A program made the position numbers and the translations under genes. A stretch of DNA of 63,119 nucleotides, counting the filler, from Octopus bimaculoides (Eukaryota), in assembly GCF_001194135.2 (NCBI RefSeq). It is 6 parts of 6 records of this genome, joined end to end, with 100 filler letters (N's around TTAATTAATTAA, not from the genome) between each part and the next. Parts side by side here need not be neighbours in the genome. Positions count along the whole stretch, not along the records: positions 59,682 to 63,119 come from NC_068988.1; 5 more parts are not named here. One strand, 5' to 3'. Shown here piece after piece: positions 62,880 through 63,119 of this stretch. The stretch's first letter is position 1. Each line of letters opens with the position of its first letter. The notes beneath the pieces are model-generated. The model did no database searches. It saw only the letters and a program-made list of their open reading frames with translations, and was not told the origin of the DNA.

Positions 62880-63119
62880 ATGTCAGTGGTTAGAGAGTCG
62901 GGCTCACAATCATGAGGTAATGAGTTCGATTCCAAGACGGCTTGGCAACCAATGCTGTTGTGTTTAAATCCCCGTAACCTAAAGGTTCGGTACAAGAGAC
63001 CAATAGAATAAGTACTAGGCTTACAAAGAATAAGTCCCGGGGTCGATTTGCTCGACTAAAGGCGGTGCTCCAACATAGGCGCAGTCAAATGACTGAAACA
63101 AGTAAAAGAATAAAAGAAT
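62880..63119 (+). mobile_element. Chimeric SINE: tRNA-like head joined to family A tail
   Basis: cagtggttagagagtcgggctcacaatcatgaggtaatgagttcgattcc, then cttggcaaccaatgc...gactgaaacaagtaaaagaat. Confidence 0.7.

Overview
Repeat-dense, gap-rich eukaryotic genomic DNA. The SINE and LINE families and the extreme microsatellite load suggest a coleoid cephalopod, probably Octopus; this is inference from repeat style. The main gene is XPC/Rad4 (nucleotide-excision-repair damage sensor) on the + strand: nine GT-AG exons from 33449 to 42216 splice in frame to 317 aa covering the beta-hairpin region, the centrin-binding helix and an acidic/basic tail. No intact 5' half of XPC is visible. Instead, a frameshifted remnant collinear with the XPC N-terminal half lies on the - strand at about 28339-29760, cut off by an uninterrupted Gypsy pol fragment, on a contig bounded by artificial 100-bp N/TTAATTAATTAA spacers whose orientation is uncertain. 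A candidate ATG exon at 31211-31299 is phase-compatible with the first intact XPC exon. The rest is transposon debris (R4/Dong-like, CR1-like and RTE LINE pieces, Penelope-like ends, two internally deleted Tc1/mariner elements, a MULE fragment, a HINE-like element, three SINE families), two intronic minisatellites and simple repeats, plus a few weak candidate exons of unidentified - strand genes. There are no true tRNA or rRNA genes and no CRISPR arrays. Family names come from recalled motifs; no database search was run.
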